Part shown: in pieces, positions 44,630 through 58,251 of the stretch | Position numbering within the stretch: position 1 is the stretch's first letter | How the letters are laid out: each line of letters opens with the position of its first letter | Source: Oikopleura dioica | Lineage: Eukaryota > Animalia > Chordata | Assembly: GCA_907165135.1 (NCBI GenBank) | Contig: OU015568.1 | Coordinates: forward strand, 9,114,001-9,178,000 | Length of the DNA stretch: 64,000 bases | Reading direction: 5' to 3' | Made by a program: the position numbers and the translations under genes | Notes under the pieces: model-generated | The model's database searches: none | Told to the model about the DNA's origin: nothing | The model's input: the letters and a program-made list of their open reading frames with translations, nothing else

Positions 44630-47600
44630 TTAGCAGTCTGATAAACTCTTGGCACCAGCTACTGTAGATTCACTACCAGCTGGACACTGCCTACAATTGG
44701 TCTGGCCTTCTTTTGGATTGAACTTTCCAGCAGGACATTGAAGACACTGCGAGCTTTTCTGATAAGTTCCAGCGGGACACGCCACTAGATTAAAGAAAGC
44801 ATAAAGAGAAAGTGCTAATGAGTTTTAAATTTTACCGCAAATCTCTTCGCCATCATGAATTCTCTTCACTTCTCCATTTAGGCAGCGGTCTTCTTTTACT
44901 GTATCGTCGGCGATTTCTGCGAGCTGTAGTCTCGCCAGAAGATGTTCTTTGCCACGTTTGTGAGATCGGAGGTCGAGAAGGGTTGAGTTCATTGCTTTGA
45001 AATGGTTTCTGAGAAAGGCGGGGAGGTTGAAAGTTGTTGAAGAAGATGCTGAATAGAAGTGTAATATGTACGTAAGTATCTTCGAATTTTACCTTGTTGA
45101 GAGAACTGCAAAAGTCTAAGTTCGACGAATACACTAGAATTGTCAATTGAACGCCTTGATCTATCTTTGCGATTTTGTTTTCTTCGCTCTTGTCGTCTCG
45201 ATTTTCTGTTGGCCTTCTTTTTCTGGCGGCGAAATTCCTCTTTGGAGAGCAAAGTTCGAGAGGGCGCTTCTTAAAATTGGAGATGCTTGTTTAGGTTGAC
45301 GAGAGTTTGTTTCTAGTACCTGGTTCTAGATTCCCGAAGCCGGACGATCGTGCGGAGATGAGCGTCGACACCGGCCTTTGATCTTCGACTTGAGCCGTCT
45401 TGAGCACTTCCTCCTTCCTTCCGCAGCGCATTCGGACGCGGGTAAAGAAGCTAAATCCACGGAATTAATCTCGCAAAGAAACCTTGCGTGTTTACACCCT
45501 TTCTTCACGTTTTAAATTGAACTATGCACGAATTAAGATCTGCTTACTCGAACCCAGGAAGCACAGGTTCGCCATGGAGCAAGGCAAGAATTCCATCTGT
45601 TGTTTGTTTGAGGCTCTGTTGTTTGAACGCTTGTTTGAGCTCGTGAAGATTCTCCTCGCAATTATCTCCATCCTCCAACTTGTACTCCATGTAAATGTCA
45701 GAGCGTTGTCCCTTCGTGGAATGTTTGCGAGTGCAGTCCGGCCAATCGAGCGATCTCCCTGGAGGATTTGTGAAGACGACCCCGGAAGGATGGCTAGAAA
45801 ATACACGTTGACTGATGAATTACTAAAATATTGCTTTGAAAATGCAATTTTAAAATATATTTTCAATAATTAGCAACAGAGATGTAGGAATAGCTTCTTT
45901 TCTCCATATTGAATACAGTGAATGAGATAATTGCTGACTCAATTTTAAAGAAAAAAATAAATATTGGTTGAGCTTACCAAAAATACTTGTGCGCTGGTTT
46001 TTCGACAAAATCGTGGCCTGGATTGCACGTTACGCTGCATGCGATGGAAGTTGTCTGACGATGTCGCTGGCATGTGAGTTGCCCGTTGCGCGGCGCTTCC
46101 CGCTTCATCAATTTCTGGCAAGTTTCGTTTTCCGCAGCTGAGTTTGCTTCAACAGCATCGGCCCATGGGTCAGCAACCGGTTCTTCTTCATCAATTATAT
46201 TCGCGCTAATGAGCGAGGAGGTAAAAGTACGGGATGGAAAGCGACCGCCAAATCGATCTTGAAAGGAGAAGGCTCCGGCGTCATCAGCGGTCATTTCGTC
46301 TGAAAAATCAGCTTCCTCGCGACAGCACTGTCCAAACCAACCCGCGTCGCAGGTGCATCCTAAACCATTTCAAACATTAGAACATCTTCAATCAATGGAA
46401 TCTTGCCTTCTCCGTCCCAGACGCCGTACACGCCACAATCTGGATTGCATGTCTCCTCCTGCTCAGGACGACCAGAGCAGGATCCTCCGCAACTTGCTTC
46501 TGTTACTTTTAGGAGTTAACTTGAGGTTACTTGATTTTTTTCATTAAACAAAGTGGATTCTAACCAGCAATCTGGCATTTCTATTTAAACTCTCATAATG
46601 CGACGTTCAAAGTCGCGGCCTCTATATCCGATCAATTTGCATCAGCGATGACTGGTGATCGCGCCGATTAGCATAATCACAAATTCTAATAACTCCGTTC
46701 CTTTCTCCCGCTTGCGGGTTCGAGAGCCACCGTGGCATCCGGCGCTGCATTCGCTCCACTCGCCCCAGGCAGACCATTCGCAATCGACGGCGCAGCACGA
46801 ATCTGAACCGCAGTCCTCGACTTCATAATCCTTACCTGGGCATTCATCGATATTCCTTGGCTTGAACAGTTCTTTTCTTTCTCGATGACGGATTCCTTTC
46901 TCCCCACATGTGGAAGAACAACTAGACCAGTTTGACCACTCCGACCAGTGACAGATAGAGGTCAAGGGGCAGCAGAATTTGATGATGTAGTCGTCGCAAT
47001 TACTGTCATTTGGATAGCAGCGCACACCCATCGTTGGTCCTTCATATTCAACAAAGAGTCCAGGAACATTCTCGATGTCGATAGAAGATCGTGTGCTGGC
47101 CAAACCGACCTAAAAACAAAAATCAGTCTTCGTGTGAACGAAAATTCATGCTTTAGAAAAGAAAATTATAGCAGCAAGGAAACAAACCTTGAATCCGATC
47201 GGCGCGTGGCATAATCTTTTAGATTCAAGCCTTGCTCGATCGAGCGTTTCAAGATCGCCGCGGCGCAGCTCGCCGGTCAACGTGACTGGATCATCTGTGT
47301 TGAACCATTTCGTCCAGTCGCCTCCGAGACACATTTCCGCGCACGTCAAATGGGCACTTGGAGCTGCGATGGTTGTGATGTCGATTTCGCCGCTCAGGGG
47401 GTTGACGCAGAAGCATTTGGAAGAATCACATTGCTTCGGCTCCCAGAGGCCGTCGGGGCGACATTTTGAAGGGTAGTCTTTTTTGCGGAATTTAGAGTTG
47501 ACGAGTTAAAACTCAATTTTTATAGCTAAGTTTAGTATGAACAACTCAGTATTAAATTGAGCCTCTTTATAGAGGAGGTGTTGATAACCATTTCAGACAA

Positions 47601-49702
47601 CCTATTTCAGATAAATCGAAAAACGCTGAAAAATTAAATCTATTTGTACAATTTGTCGAAGTACCGACTTATGGTATTCCATTCCTGTGGAATTCTTGCC
47701 CTCCTCGCATGGTCTATCAATCGCTGCTAGTCGTGCTGGATTGAACTTGCTCGATAACCGACTAGCTTCTGACAAACCAAGGCCTGAAAATCACAAATTA
47801 GTTAGTTAGTGATTTAATCAGTCCTAGAACGTAGAGGAAGACACGTCTTCTTACGTGAATTCTAGCGCCGCTTAAAATTTTAATTTTTCTTTTACATTTT
47901 TGGCATTTTTATGACACGATTAAAATTTTCAACATTTTTGAAGCGATTTGGATCGCATTAGAAAGTGGGTTAAAATTAATAAGAAATTCCAAAAAAGAGT
48001 GAGTCTGAACTTGGAGGGTGGGACTGAACTCGGGGATTAGAGGGCTTTCAAGGGGACGAGCGCTTGTTTGGAAGACGCGAAAGGCGAAATGCCCGACGTC
48101 AACGTTGTCACAAGAACCAACAACGTTTTTCGTCTTTCTTTTCTTTGCGCAGCTGCGAGAAAGTTTTGTTCCATAACTTTCATCCCTTTGTTTACTCAGT
48201 CTTCCAGAGATATGAAATAAATAAAATAATTTTGTTCTGTTCTTATCAGAAAACTAAACAAGCTAGAATAACGAATTTTGAAGTCTAAAAAGATCGATTC
48301 AACAAAAATGAAAACGATGAGTCAGAAAAAGAAATTGAAAAAAAAGGAGCTATAAAATTTTCAAAATTTCAAAAACGGGGCTGTCTCTCTCTCGAATTTC
48401 ACGCATTTTAGAATTCTGCCTTTGTTCTACTAGTACACGCTGCGCTAGAAAGGGCAAGCCCAGCCAGTTCGGACGCGCTAAAGGCCACTTTCTCAGTCAG
48501 CTTACGTCGTGGACCCTGTTTATCGCAAATTAGAAAAAAGAAAGAAGCAGATCAGCAGATTCTCCTACTTCTCTAACTCATTTTTTGCTAATTACTGTGA
48601 TCATTAGAGTCAGCGGAATAATGATTTTGGAAGGCCACGTAATTGACCTCTGTTTAGCATAGAAATGAGAGGCACGTTGAAGCTCGAAAATTTTAGGGGC
48701 TGAACTTTTGAGTCAAACTAAAAATGAGAGTAAAGCAAAAGTAGGGTTTTGAATTTTCTTTTGGGATAATAAAATAAGGGCGTCACTACGTTAACTCCGC
48801 AGAAAAGTCCCTTTGTAAATCGGGCTTATCGATGCTTATCCCCTTAAAAATGAAGCTCCATAGATTCCAAAATAATCCCAAAAACCCTGGCTTACGTTTC
48901 GCCTAAATCCGTATTTCTGAATTTACCCAGGATTAGCGACCCAGTTGTACAAATCTACGTGCACAATAATAGACTGCCGGATATACCCAGTTAGAGTCGT
49001 CTCTAAAGGGAAATCTGCCTTCCAAAATGAGTCGAAGACAGAACCCAGTCATCGAGCGCTCAGAAGGGATCAGTACTCGTTTCAGAAGGCGGTTTCGAGT
49101 TTCGCTTTTTTTGCGACAGACGATCCGCTCTCGCCGCATGCACCGTCATTTCAGAACACGGCGAATTATTTCGAAATAATTTCGAATTGCGATTTGCGCT
49201 AATCTGAAAATCTGAAAGTGGCGCTGCTAATTGCCGCTTCACATCAGAAAGTGTAATTTGCAGAGGATCATCCGGGTTCAAACAAACGGATAAAGCGCGG
49301 ATTTATGCGGCTCTAAAATTTGGCCATATTCGGAGTGGAAATTCTTAAGGGGATCACTTCGTATTGCAATGTGAAAGAAAAACCTTTTTGAAATACCCTG
49401 AAAATGAGACATGATTAATTCTAAACTGGTCAATCCAACGGGTCAATTGATATTTACTCAAAATATAGTTCTTGAGGTATCTTGAGTTAGTAGAAATATT
49501 CAATTTTTGTTCATCAAAAGTTTGGCTAAGCGGGAAATTTCTTATCTAAAAATAAAAATAAAGTTGATAACGGCGAAATTTATCGAAGATCGTGGCCTAT
49601 TTTTACTTTTTTTATGCTGCATTTTATTATTTTTGTAAAAAAATTTGAAGAATAAAATGGCTTGAATAACTTACCAAGTAGAAAAGTCTCCACATTGACC
49701 AT
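44630..49702 (-). CDS. Extracellular mosaic protein: thyroglobulin-1, mucin WxxW, 2x TSP1, EGF, sushi-like, ephrin-receptor-like Cys repeats
   Basis: WEPKQC..CFCVNPLSG, WTKWFNTDDP, WSEWSNWSSCSSTCG, WSAWGEWSECSAGC, CTCDAGWFGQC, CSVTCNPGH, CPAGTYQ/CPAGKFN. The putative first exon MVNVETFLL at 49702 is uncertain. Confidence 0.8.
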
Positions 49703-50484
49703 GACAAGATTTATTTTGTTGTTTCTCTGTTCCACGAATTCCAAAAGCCAGATTCAAGGATATGTTTCTCTTTCAGAATTTGAAGATTCACGAAAAAATC
49801 GGTACTATCCTTGTGAAAAACATCGGACAGTCGAGCGCGCGCCGCTCTGGAGCGCCACCTGAGCTGTCATGATCCGCCAGATTTGATAGAAAGATCAGTA
49901 TTAAAAGCTAGGCGGCTTTGACTGAGTCGAATTGCTTTGCTGGATAATTTCTAATGATGAAATTGAACTTAGATATACATTTGCTAAGCTTGTTTGTATG
50001 AATATTATTTTCTAACAGTACAGCATTTTGGGGGCAAATTATAAAGATTGCTGGAGCTATTTTAAAAGCAAAAGATTCAAGTCGAACTGGTAAAAAGGCC
50101 AAAAAATCACTGGGATTCCTTGATAGAAGACGTGATTGAATTTGTACTAAGCAAGATTAAACCTGCTGAGTTGAGCTCAACGGCAGTGTTGGCCTTTCGT
50201 CTGATCTCAATCGGATCGAATTCAATTTTGAGCCCTTTTACGCAACTTTTTCGCCTTCCTTCCTTTTCCTTGAGTCATTTTTGAAACAAAATCAACTTTT
50301 AAAAATTAAAGCAATCCGACGAATTCCAGGAAAGGTCAACATTTTCCAAGAAAAAACAAAATAACCTCTAGAATTATGTAACATATTGTTGATAACACAG
50401 ATTAATTTAGTTTACAGGAATTCGTCTTTGTTTCCAGGTACCAAAACTACGGCAAAATTAAAAATTAAAACAGAAATTTAAAGG

Positions 50485-51849
50485 ATGATTGGTTTTCGGC
50501 CAAACTGGAATGAGACCATTCCTCAATACTGGATCGACAAGGGACTTACTAAAGAGGTGATGCTACAATGGTACACAAATTTGTCAATACGTAATCTGGC
50601 GCAAGTACTTTCAAATTATTTTTACCGGTTTTTAGTGGTAATTACTCTTCAAATCCTTGCCCTTTCAAATTATGCATTCACTTGGTGGGTGCGTAAAAAC
50701 ATCGACCCCTTGAAACTTATCGGAGAAAAGCCCCTCACGAAACTGGAGAAATATGCGCAAGCTTGTAAACTCGGCCAAGAACCTGCGATGAATTTTATTT
50801 CCTCAACTCTCGTCACCAATGACAGAACATACATCATCATTCGAATCATTCTGGCTCTTTGGTCATCGGCGCTAACTCTTGTCACTATAAAATGGGAAGG
50901 AATACGAGCACTTTTCAGTGGATCCTACTATCCGATCGGTGAGTCTCTTCGTTCTGTCAAAGGATATTTGAAATTTCTTAGCCGTGTGTATGACAATTTA
51001 CGTCAACTTCAATCGAGAACTCATCATTGATGGATTTGGAGGCAAAGTTCAGTTTGTCAACAAACTTCTGTCGTTATTATTCAACTGTCAGGTAAAATGT
51101 TGCAAATGGCATCCTTGCAAATGATGGCACTCGACAATATGTTTAAAATTCAGACTCCGATGAGGCTTTTTGTTGCGCTTACGTGGTGGACACAATGGTT
51201 CGGACTTGGATACCGCTACAGAGACATGTCTCGGCCGTTTCCGATTCCGAGGTGGGTGCTCTTCAACAAAGAATTCGCTCCCATCCTCTTCATGCTTGTT
51301 GAATTGCTTTGGTTTGATACAATGGGTAATTTACTCGATAATACTGTAAATTAGGAGCTGATTTTAGTTACTTACTTGGGAGTTTGGGGACCAACCTTTG
51401 TCGGGAATTTCGTTGTATTTCAAATACAGTATTTGGAATGCTCAATGACGTCGTTGTAGAACCTCCTCAAGCTTTAGGGTAAGCATCAACATTATGAAAG
51501 AATAAACACAGAAAATTAAAGTGCACCAATTGAACGAGCTGCCAGAACTTTGCTTCAGTTCTATTGTTTTGCCTTTGGAATGCCATTGATTCAGATGACC
51601 CTTGCTACTTTCTGTATGTTGAAAGTGTGGATATTCAAGAAGATTCCGATACTGGGAGAACGACTCGTTCATCGACAGAAATGCGTCACTAACTTCAGAA
51701 AACGACAAGCTTTCAATGCAAATTTTCAAACCGGAGGAAAACGAAGAAATAGTGCAGTCAAAAGTGTTTTCCAAAATCTTGGTCGAGCCTCAATGAAGAA
51801 ATCTGTCATTGCTCGAAGAACCAAAATCAGCATTAGTTCAGATTTGTGA
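50485..51849 (+). CDS. Multi-pass membrane protein of unknown family, spliced
   Basis: Collinear ORFs 50485-51030, 51097-51354 and 51550-51849 contain several hydrophobic segments and a basic cytoplasmic-type tail. Confidence 0.6.
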
Positions 51850-52119
51850 AACATATTTTCAATAAACAAACATTTTGACCTTACTTCTGTGTATTAAAAA
51901 TTGTTTATTGTGTCTTGTCAAAAGTACTTATTAACAATACTTACCCACAAAGACCAAAGAGGAGCCGTAACTTTCAAAGTGATTTTGCCGCGAGCGAAAG
52001 CCTGAAATAATGTCAGCTGGTCATCAGTTTCCCTTCGCGGAATAGGCGCTTTGACCTGATTGTTCACCTGGGTTGACCTGATTGCCACCAGTTGACTCTG
52101 GCGCCCTTTTCTGCCCATC

Positions 52120-52126
52120 TATATAA
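52120..52126 (+). promoter_or_regulatory. Candidate TATA box for the Pim-like kinase
   Basis: TATATAA about 60 bp upstream of ATG 52186, followed by an A-rich leader. Confidence 0.5.
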
Positions 52127-52185
52127 GCAATCTCCTGTCTATGGGACTTATCACAAAAACAAAACACAAAGCAAAAAGATTAAAA

Positions 52186-53031
52186 ATGTCTCAACACTCT
52201 ATCGAATCCGGATACACTTCCGAAGAAGAAACTTTCACTTTCAACAAATCTGAAATCATCGCTGCCGATGCTAAACGATTTTCGAAAAGCTTCACCATCG
52301 AAGAAGAAATCATCAAATCCGCCAATGGCATCGTCTACTCCGGTTTCGACCTTTCCACTGGCGAAGCTGTCATCATCAAGCAAATTCCAAAGACCTGCGT
52401 CTCCGAATACATCTCCATGGACGGTCGTCAAGTTCCTTCCGAAATCTACTTTCAGTTCAAAGCCGCCGAAGCTTCCGAAGCCGTCGTCCAGCCAATCGAC
52501 TTCTTCGAGCGAAAATCGTCCTTCGTCCTCGTCATGGAAAAGGTCGACAACGTCACTGACCTCTTCGACTTCGTCCGTCAACACGGTGCTCTTTCCGAAG
52601 AAGCGGCTCTCTTCATCTTCAAACAAGTTCTCGAAGCCGTCGACGAAATGAAAAGCGCAGGTATCTCCCACCGTGATATCAAGGACGAGAACATCCTCAT
52701 CGATCCTGAAACTCTTCAAATCTTCATCATCGATTTCGGCTGCGCTTCCGTCATCAGTGATTCCTCCACTCCTCGAGGAACTCCCGACTACTGGGCACCA
52801 GAAATCTTCACTAATGGTGTTTCTTCAACCGAATCAGCTGACTCCTGGGCGCTAGGAGCTCTTCTCTACGTTTTGCTCACCGGAACATGGAAATTCGAAA
52901 ACAACCGAGTCATTCGAAATTTCATCGCTGAAAAACATCTTCGAAAAGAAATGCGATCAATCTTCGACGAAATCTTCCATCCTTCCCCTGAAAAGCGACT
53001 TTCTCTCTCTGACATGATTTCCCTGTTTTAA
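52186..53031 (+). CDS. Pim-like Ser/Thr kinase, intronless
   Basis: VIIKQI, VPSEI, DLFDFV, HRDIKDENIL (Pim signature), IDFG, GTPDYWAPE, DSWALG. Confidence 0.9.
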   Translation: MSQHSIESGYTSEEETFTFNKSEIIAADAKRFSKSFTIEEEIIKSANGIVYSGFDLSTGEAVIIKQIPKTCVSEYISMDGRQVPSEIYFQFKAAEASEAVVQPIDFFERKSSFVLVMEKVDNVTDLFDFVRQHGALSEEAALFIFKQVLEAVDEMKSAGISHRDIKDENILIDPETLQIFIIDFGCASVISDSSTPRGTPDYWAPEIFTNGVSSTESADSWALGALLYVLLTGTWKFENNRVIRNFIAEKHLRKEMRSIFDEIFHPSPEKRLSLSDMISLF

Positions 53032-53194
53032 CTTGACTGTTTACTATTGCTCTGTTCATCTTTTCCAAAAAGTTCAATACAAACAACACTTTCATAATTC
53101 TCCACATATTTTTTAATATTGATAGGGTGCCAAATCACACCTACCGATACCAATTTTAACTTTGACTTTGCTAGAGTAAGCTAGTAGTTTTGTC

Positions 53195-54833
53195 ATGGTC
53201 TTTTGTCTTTTTATCAGCAATTTATTGCTTGCAACTGCATCACTGCATTTGACAGAGAGAAGAATTCAGATAACTTGGGATCGATCACCAAGAATATCCG
53301 GTACTGTTTCTGTAATCTTTGCAAACAAATCCGTTTTTAGAGAATTTGATATCAATAGCGGCTGGTCCTGGTATTTTCTTTAACAACCAAGGATGTGTTT
53401 TTGAAAATTCCCGTTTCATAAAATACATAGCAGCTTTGAGACCTGGCTATTTAAGATTCGGCGGAACTAGGTTGGTAAAATGATGTTGCTCCCAAAGAAT
53501 AATTTTTACCAAAGAGCAGATCAAATGACGTTTATAAATGCTTCAAATCCGGAAGAAATTTGTGATCTTCGAAGTCTTCATAAAATTCAGAAGCCTTTTC
53601 TTCCCGTCACTCTTTACAGAGAGGACATTGAAAAACTCATCAATTTCTCAAGAAATACAAGCAAGAGAATGCTCTTTGGACTAAATCTCAACTCTCGCTC
53701 AAAAGACGGATCCTGGAATTCGAAAAATGTAGAATTACTTCTCGACTTCTTCAAGGAGCAAAACTTCTTTCCGGATTTTGAGCTTGGGAATGAGCCGAAT
53801 TCTTATCTTCATCATTTCAACTACACAATGACACCTGAGCAACAAGCAAACGACTTTGAAGTTTTGAAGCTGATTCTTGCGCGCAAAGGCTTCCACAGCT
53901 CCAAGTTGATCGGCCCGTCGACGACTGGGAGAGGACCTACAGCGCTCAATTACTTTTCAAAATTTCTCGAGACAAAGCCACCGGTAGAATTCGCAGCTTA
54001 CCATCATTACACTCTCAACGGGCGAAACGCGACTGTCAAGGACTTTATCAGCCCTTCTTCGTTTTATGAAATGGCTTATTGAAGATTGTTGATGTTTTTA
54101 AAATCATTATATTTCAAAGCCACTTGCAAGGCATACGAAGATGAAGCAAAATTATGGACAGAAACGAGCAAGGAAAATGATAAGAAGCCATTCATTTCCG
54201 AAGGAGCGCTAGCATTTGGTGGCGGAGCGAAGAACATTTCTGACAGATTTGTCAGTTCATTTCTTTGGGCCGATAAGTTGGCGATGAGCGCTCTTACTGG
54301 AATACACTCTTTTTGCAGGGAAACTGCGTTTGGTGGAGCTTACGCTTTATGAACGGCTATCGAAGGATTTGAAGAACAAAGCCTTTTCAAATAAACTAAG
54401 ATTGATAGCCTCGAAAGTAAATGAAGATCTTCTACCGACACCGAGTTATTGGATTTCTTTCTATTTTAGAAAATTCATCCACGGTAGGATTTCTTCTTTG
54501 CAAACGTTTGACGACAATCAGCAGTTTTACCGAATTTACAATGTCTGTACAAATAAGAATAAGTAAGAGCGCTTTATTACTATCAAAAAATTACTAATAA
54601 TCAGGGTTACGAAGCTCATCATCAATCCGTCCAAAGCAACAGTTCTTCGAATAGAAGGAAAATTTGAATCCTACCAGCTCATACCAAAAGGACGACATCT
54701 TCTAAGTAAATATATTCTTATCAACGGTCAGCGCCCTTCGATTCACCGAACAAGAAGAGAAACTGGATCAGGGTCTCTTCTTTTGCAGCATTACTCTGTT
54801 TCATTTATTCGTACCAATATATCTTGCAAATAA
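53195..54833 (+). CDS. Heparanase-like glycoside hydrolase family 79, spliced
   Basis: LRPGYLRFGGT/ADQM, LFGLN, FELGNEPNSY (acid/base Glu), ISEGALAFGGGAKNISDRFVSSFLWADKL (nucleophile Glu), PTPSYW. Confidence 0.9.
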
Positions 54834-54939
54834 AAAGATTAAAACTTCTTCATTTCAATAAAAAAGAAGAAGCTGATATATTTTTGTTTATTTTTGACGA
54901 GAATTATTGATATTCAGTTGATTATATTCTCAAATCAAG

Positions 54940-56900
54940 TTTTCAACAGTAAGGATTTGTGAGTTTTTCGATAATTTTAGAAACTCGTTTCGTTTCTCTC
55001 TTGTTGTTATTCGCTTTGCAAGCATAGTTATCGACCCATGCGTTCAATCCAGCTTGAACTCTTGTAGTTTGAGTACAGGGGTCATCTGAACGGACCGCAT
55101 CTTTTCCCAAACAGCAAAGTCGTTTTGACCAAGCAAGTTGGCATTGAAAGCCTGTGTGCAGTTCGGATCATAAGTAAAAATACCGTTTCGCAGGATTTTG
55201 TCAATTCGAACTCTGAATTTTCCAGCTCTGCCATGCGAAGCTACGACATCAGCAGTCATATCGATCCAGTTTTGAATAGTCAAGAGGGCGTCGGTGTGTG
55301 GCATTGGAAGACGAATGCATTCGAAGGAACCAACGAGATTTTCGCATCTATCTTTAACCCGATCGCACGTGTCGGTTTCCCTGGAGCATTCATCAATATC
55401 AACACAAACGCCATTTGCATCCTTCTCATATCCATTTATGCAGGGACAAGTGTAGGAACCAATTGTATTCGTGCAAGTTTCAAGAGGAGTGCACGAGTGA
55501 GAACCAGTGGCGCACTCATCGATGTCGACGAGTCGAATGGTGATGCACTGGCGATCGGAAGCGCGACCGAATCTATCGTAGACTACAACGCAATGTGGAT
55601 GATCTCCTTGAACAACTTGTTCAGGTGTTGGGAACCAGGAGCAGGTAGCTTGTCCTTTGCTATCAAAAGCTGAACAAGTCATTCCTGTCGGACGAGAGAA
55701 CTGGTATCGAGTGATATCGTAGAAAGTAGTTCCGCCCATTTCGTAGGATGCGTCCCAATCAATAACAATTTCCACACCTGGCGACCAGTTCCACGAGAGC
55801 TTCATTCCTTGGGCCGGAGAGTTTCCACTGAAGCTTGGTCTGCCAAGACAGTGAGCCGGCTCAGTTGATCGTGCCTGTTGAGATGGATGGTCCAAAGATC
55901 TGCGCCGTCGACCTTCGTGATCTTCGTCATGATCGTCCGTTCCTTGAAGTATTCCTGCGTAAAGAGGATTATTTATCGAGGACTTTGACCCCTCTAAATC
56001 AGGAGTAAAAACAACGGCGACGAATGATAGAGGGACCGAGTGCCTAAAAATATTTTTTAAGAAAAAATTTGCAAATAGCTCTTACAAAAGATTTCCATTA
56101 GAATCGAAGTCTTCGACTTGGATCGCAATTGGCTTCGAGCCTTCCCCACTGGGGAAGTTCCCCAGTTTGATCGAACTCAGGGTGGTAAGTCACGATGCAG
56201 TTTTCTTCATCAAGGGAGAACTGCTGGAGACCAGTATTCCAGGACATCGCTCTAGCCTCGTCATATGTCGACCAACGGCATCGGACAGTATCGCCTTCTG
56301 GATCGACTGGATTGACCATGTAGGTCTGTCCGCCACAGCCGTCAAGCATATACCAAATCGGAGGAGAGATGAACTGGGGCGAACTGTTGTTTACATCATT
56401 GACGTAAGCTTTGTATCCATATTCACCACCGAATGAGCTACCGTCATCTTTGGTGAGTGAAATTGTGCAGCAACCCCTAAGAGAATGCTCAAAGCTGCTT
56501 AGGTATTCAGTGGTTCCGTTTTGGGTTAGATCAAGTTCGAACGTGTAGCTTCCAAAGCAAAAATGCGAATCTAAAAGAGTTTCAATCAGTTAAAATTAAT
56601 ACAAAAACAAACTTACTGGAATCAATGGCCGGGTTGTCTTCTATGTTCGTCACGGTGTACCAAGCGGGAATCCATCCAACGCCACTTATATTCTCGGACG
56701 ATTCTGCAGCCGAGACTTCGTTATCAATGTCATCTTGAGTGCAGCCGCCCGAGTAACCGCTCATTCCTCGACGCCATCCTTGATACCTAGTTACTTCAAT
56801 TTTTCCAGGCGTGGTTGATTTTCGATACTAAATAAGGCTTAACTGAGAGTATCAATAATTAATAGATTTACTGTCAGAATAAAATTTACTCCTAGAATTT
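54940..56900 (-). CDS. Secreted protein with DPEGDTVRCRW domain and two Ca-binding EGF domains; frameshifted at about 56142-56157
   Basis: NSSPQF, DPEGDTVRCRWS, IAIQVEDF, DIDECATGSHSC..CTNTIGSYTC, DIDECSR..CENLVGSFEC. Ends approximate. Confidence 0.7.
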
Positions 56901-57243
56901 TTTTCATCGCACCTAGCTTTGATCCGCGAGAAGCAGCAATTTTCTGATGAGACCCCAATTTGTCGACCGTATATTTGCGGTAAGCACGTTTTGGCCTGCT
57001 AAAAATTCGATTCGAAACAAGATAAAATGTTCCGTAAAAGTTCGTTTTATATGTTTTCACGAACTTTATATAGTTAATGATAGAAAAAGCATCTGAAAGA
57101 AATCAGGTCAGAAATATAGAAAAAATCCATTTTTGTTGACAAACTGGGCGGTTTTCCAGCGACAAATATTTGTAAAATTAGAGTTCGTACTTTCTCAAAA
57201 ACAATCATTACAAATTAAAAGAGAGCATAAGAATTCATCACTC

Positions 57244-58251
57244 ATGATCGACAGAAGGGAATTTCTCGCAGGAGGTGTCGGTGGAGCATTGAGCGTCATC
57301 ACTGCCCATCCTTTTGATACAGTCAAGGTTCGGCTCCAAACAACCACACAGTACTCAGGCGTCTTTAATTGCATGAAGACGATGGTGGCAAAAGAAGGGG
57401 CGAAATCTCTTTTCAAGGGGATGTTGTTTCCTCTTGGAAGTGTCGCTCTAGTCAATGCAGTTGCTTTCTCGGCGTACAATGCAGGAGTTAGGCAAGTAGC
57501 TATGAATCCAGAAGATCCGACAATGGGGAAATGTGGGTCGGTGGAGTTGCGGCTGGATGCGCCGTTTCTTGTCTCAGTCCCGTTGAGTTAATCAAAATTC
57601 AGGTTCGTTGCTATCATTTTTGCATGCAGAAAGAGAATGGTGTTGTAGTGCCAAAGAGTTCAAGGAAAACACATGGTTTCGCCTTTTCAAATGACGAAAA
57701 AAATCTTCACTCGTTCTGGAGTACCTGGTCTTTTCCGCGGCTTTTTTACTCAACTATCTCGCGATTCCGTCGGTTATTCTTGCTTTTATCTGCCGTATAC
57801 AATCTTTGGGATTTATTTGCTGGACAAGGGTTTTGAAGATCCGACGAGAATTTGTATAGCTGGTGCTTTTGCCGGTCTGTTGTCTTGGGGAGTGACGAAT
57901 CCAATGGATGTTGTCAAGACTAGGTAAAAAGACTTTCATTTACTCGTTTATTGCGATCTTCAAAGATATCAATGCGATCTTGATGCAAAATCAGGACGAT
58001 CAGTTCTCCAAAGCCTCCTGAAAACAGAAGGCCTGGTTGGTTTCAGCAGAGGAATCGTCGCCAACTCCCTTCGTGGAATTCCCCAATGTGGCGCCTTATT
58101 TTTGGGTATGAATACACGCTGAAATATATTTGAAAAATTCTTCAAAAAACTGTTTCCTGACAATAAAAATTCAAAATTCGAACTCTTCTGCACCACTGAT
58201 CCGAATCGAGCACCGCCTCAAAATATTTTCAACACAGCTTTGGGCTATTAA
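57244..58251 (+). CDS. Mitochondrial carrier (SLC25, carnitine/basic-amino-acid carrier-like), spliced
   Basis: Three PX[DE]XX[KR] motifs (HPFDTVKVR, SPVELIKI, NPMDVVKTR), plus FLAGGVGG and GLFRG. Confidence 0.92.

Noticed and set aside
52180-52719. 179-aa antisense ORF and alternative-frame ORFs over the Pim-like kinase
   Set aside because: Shadow ORFs caused by codon bias of the real gene.
55125-55673. 182-aa plus-strand ORF
   Set aside because: Antisense shadow of the EGF-domain exon.
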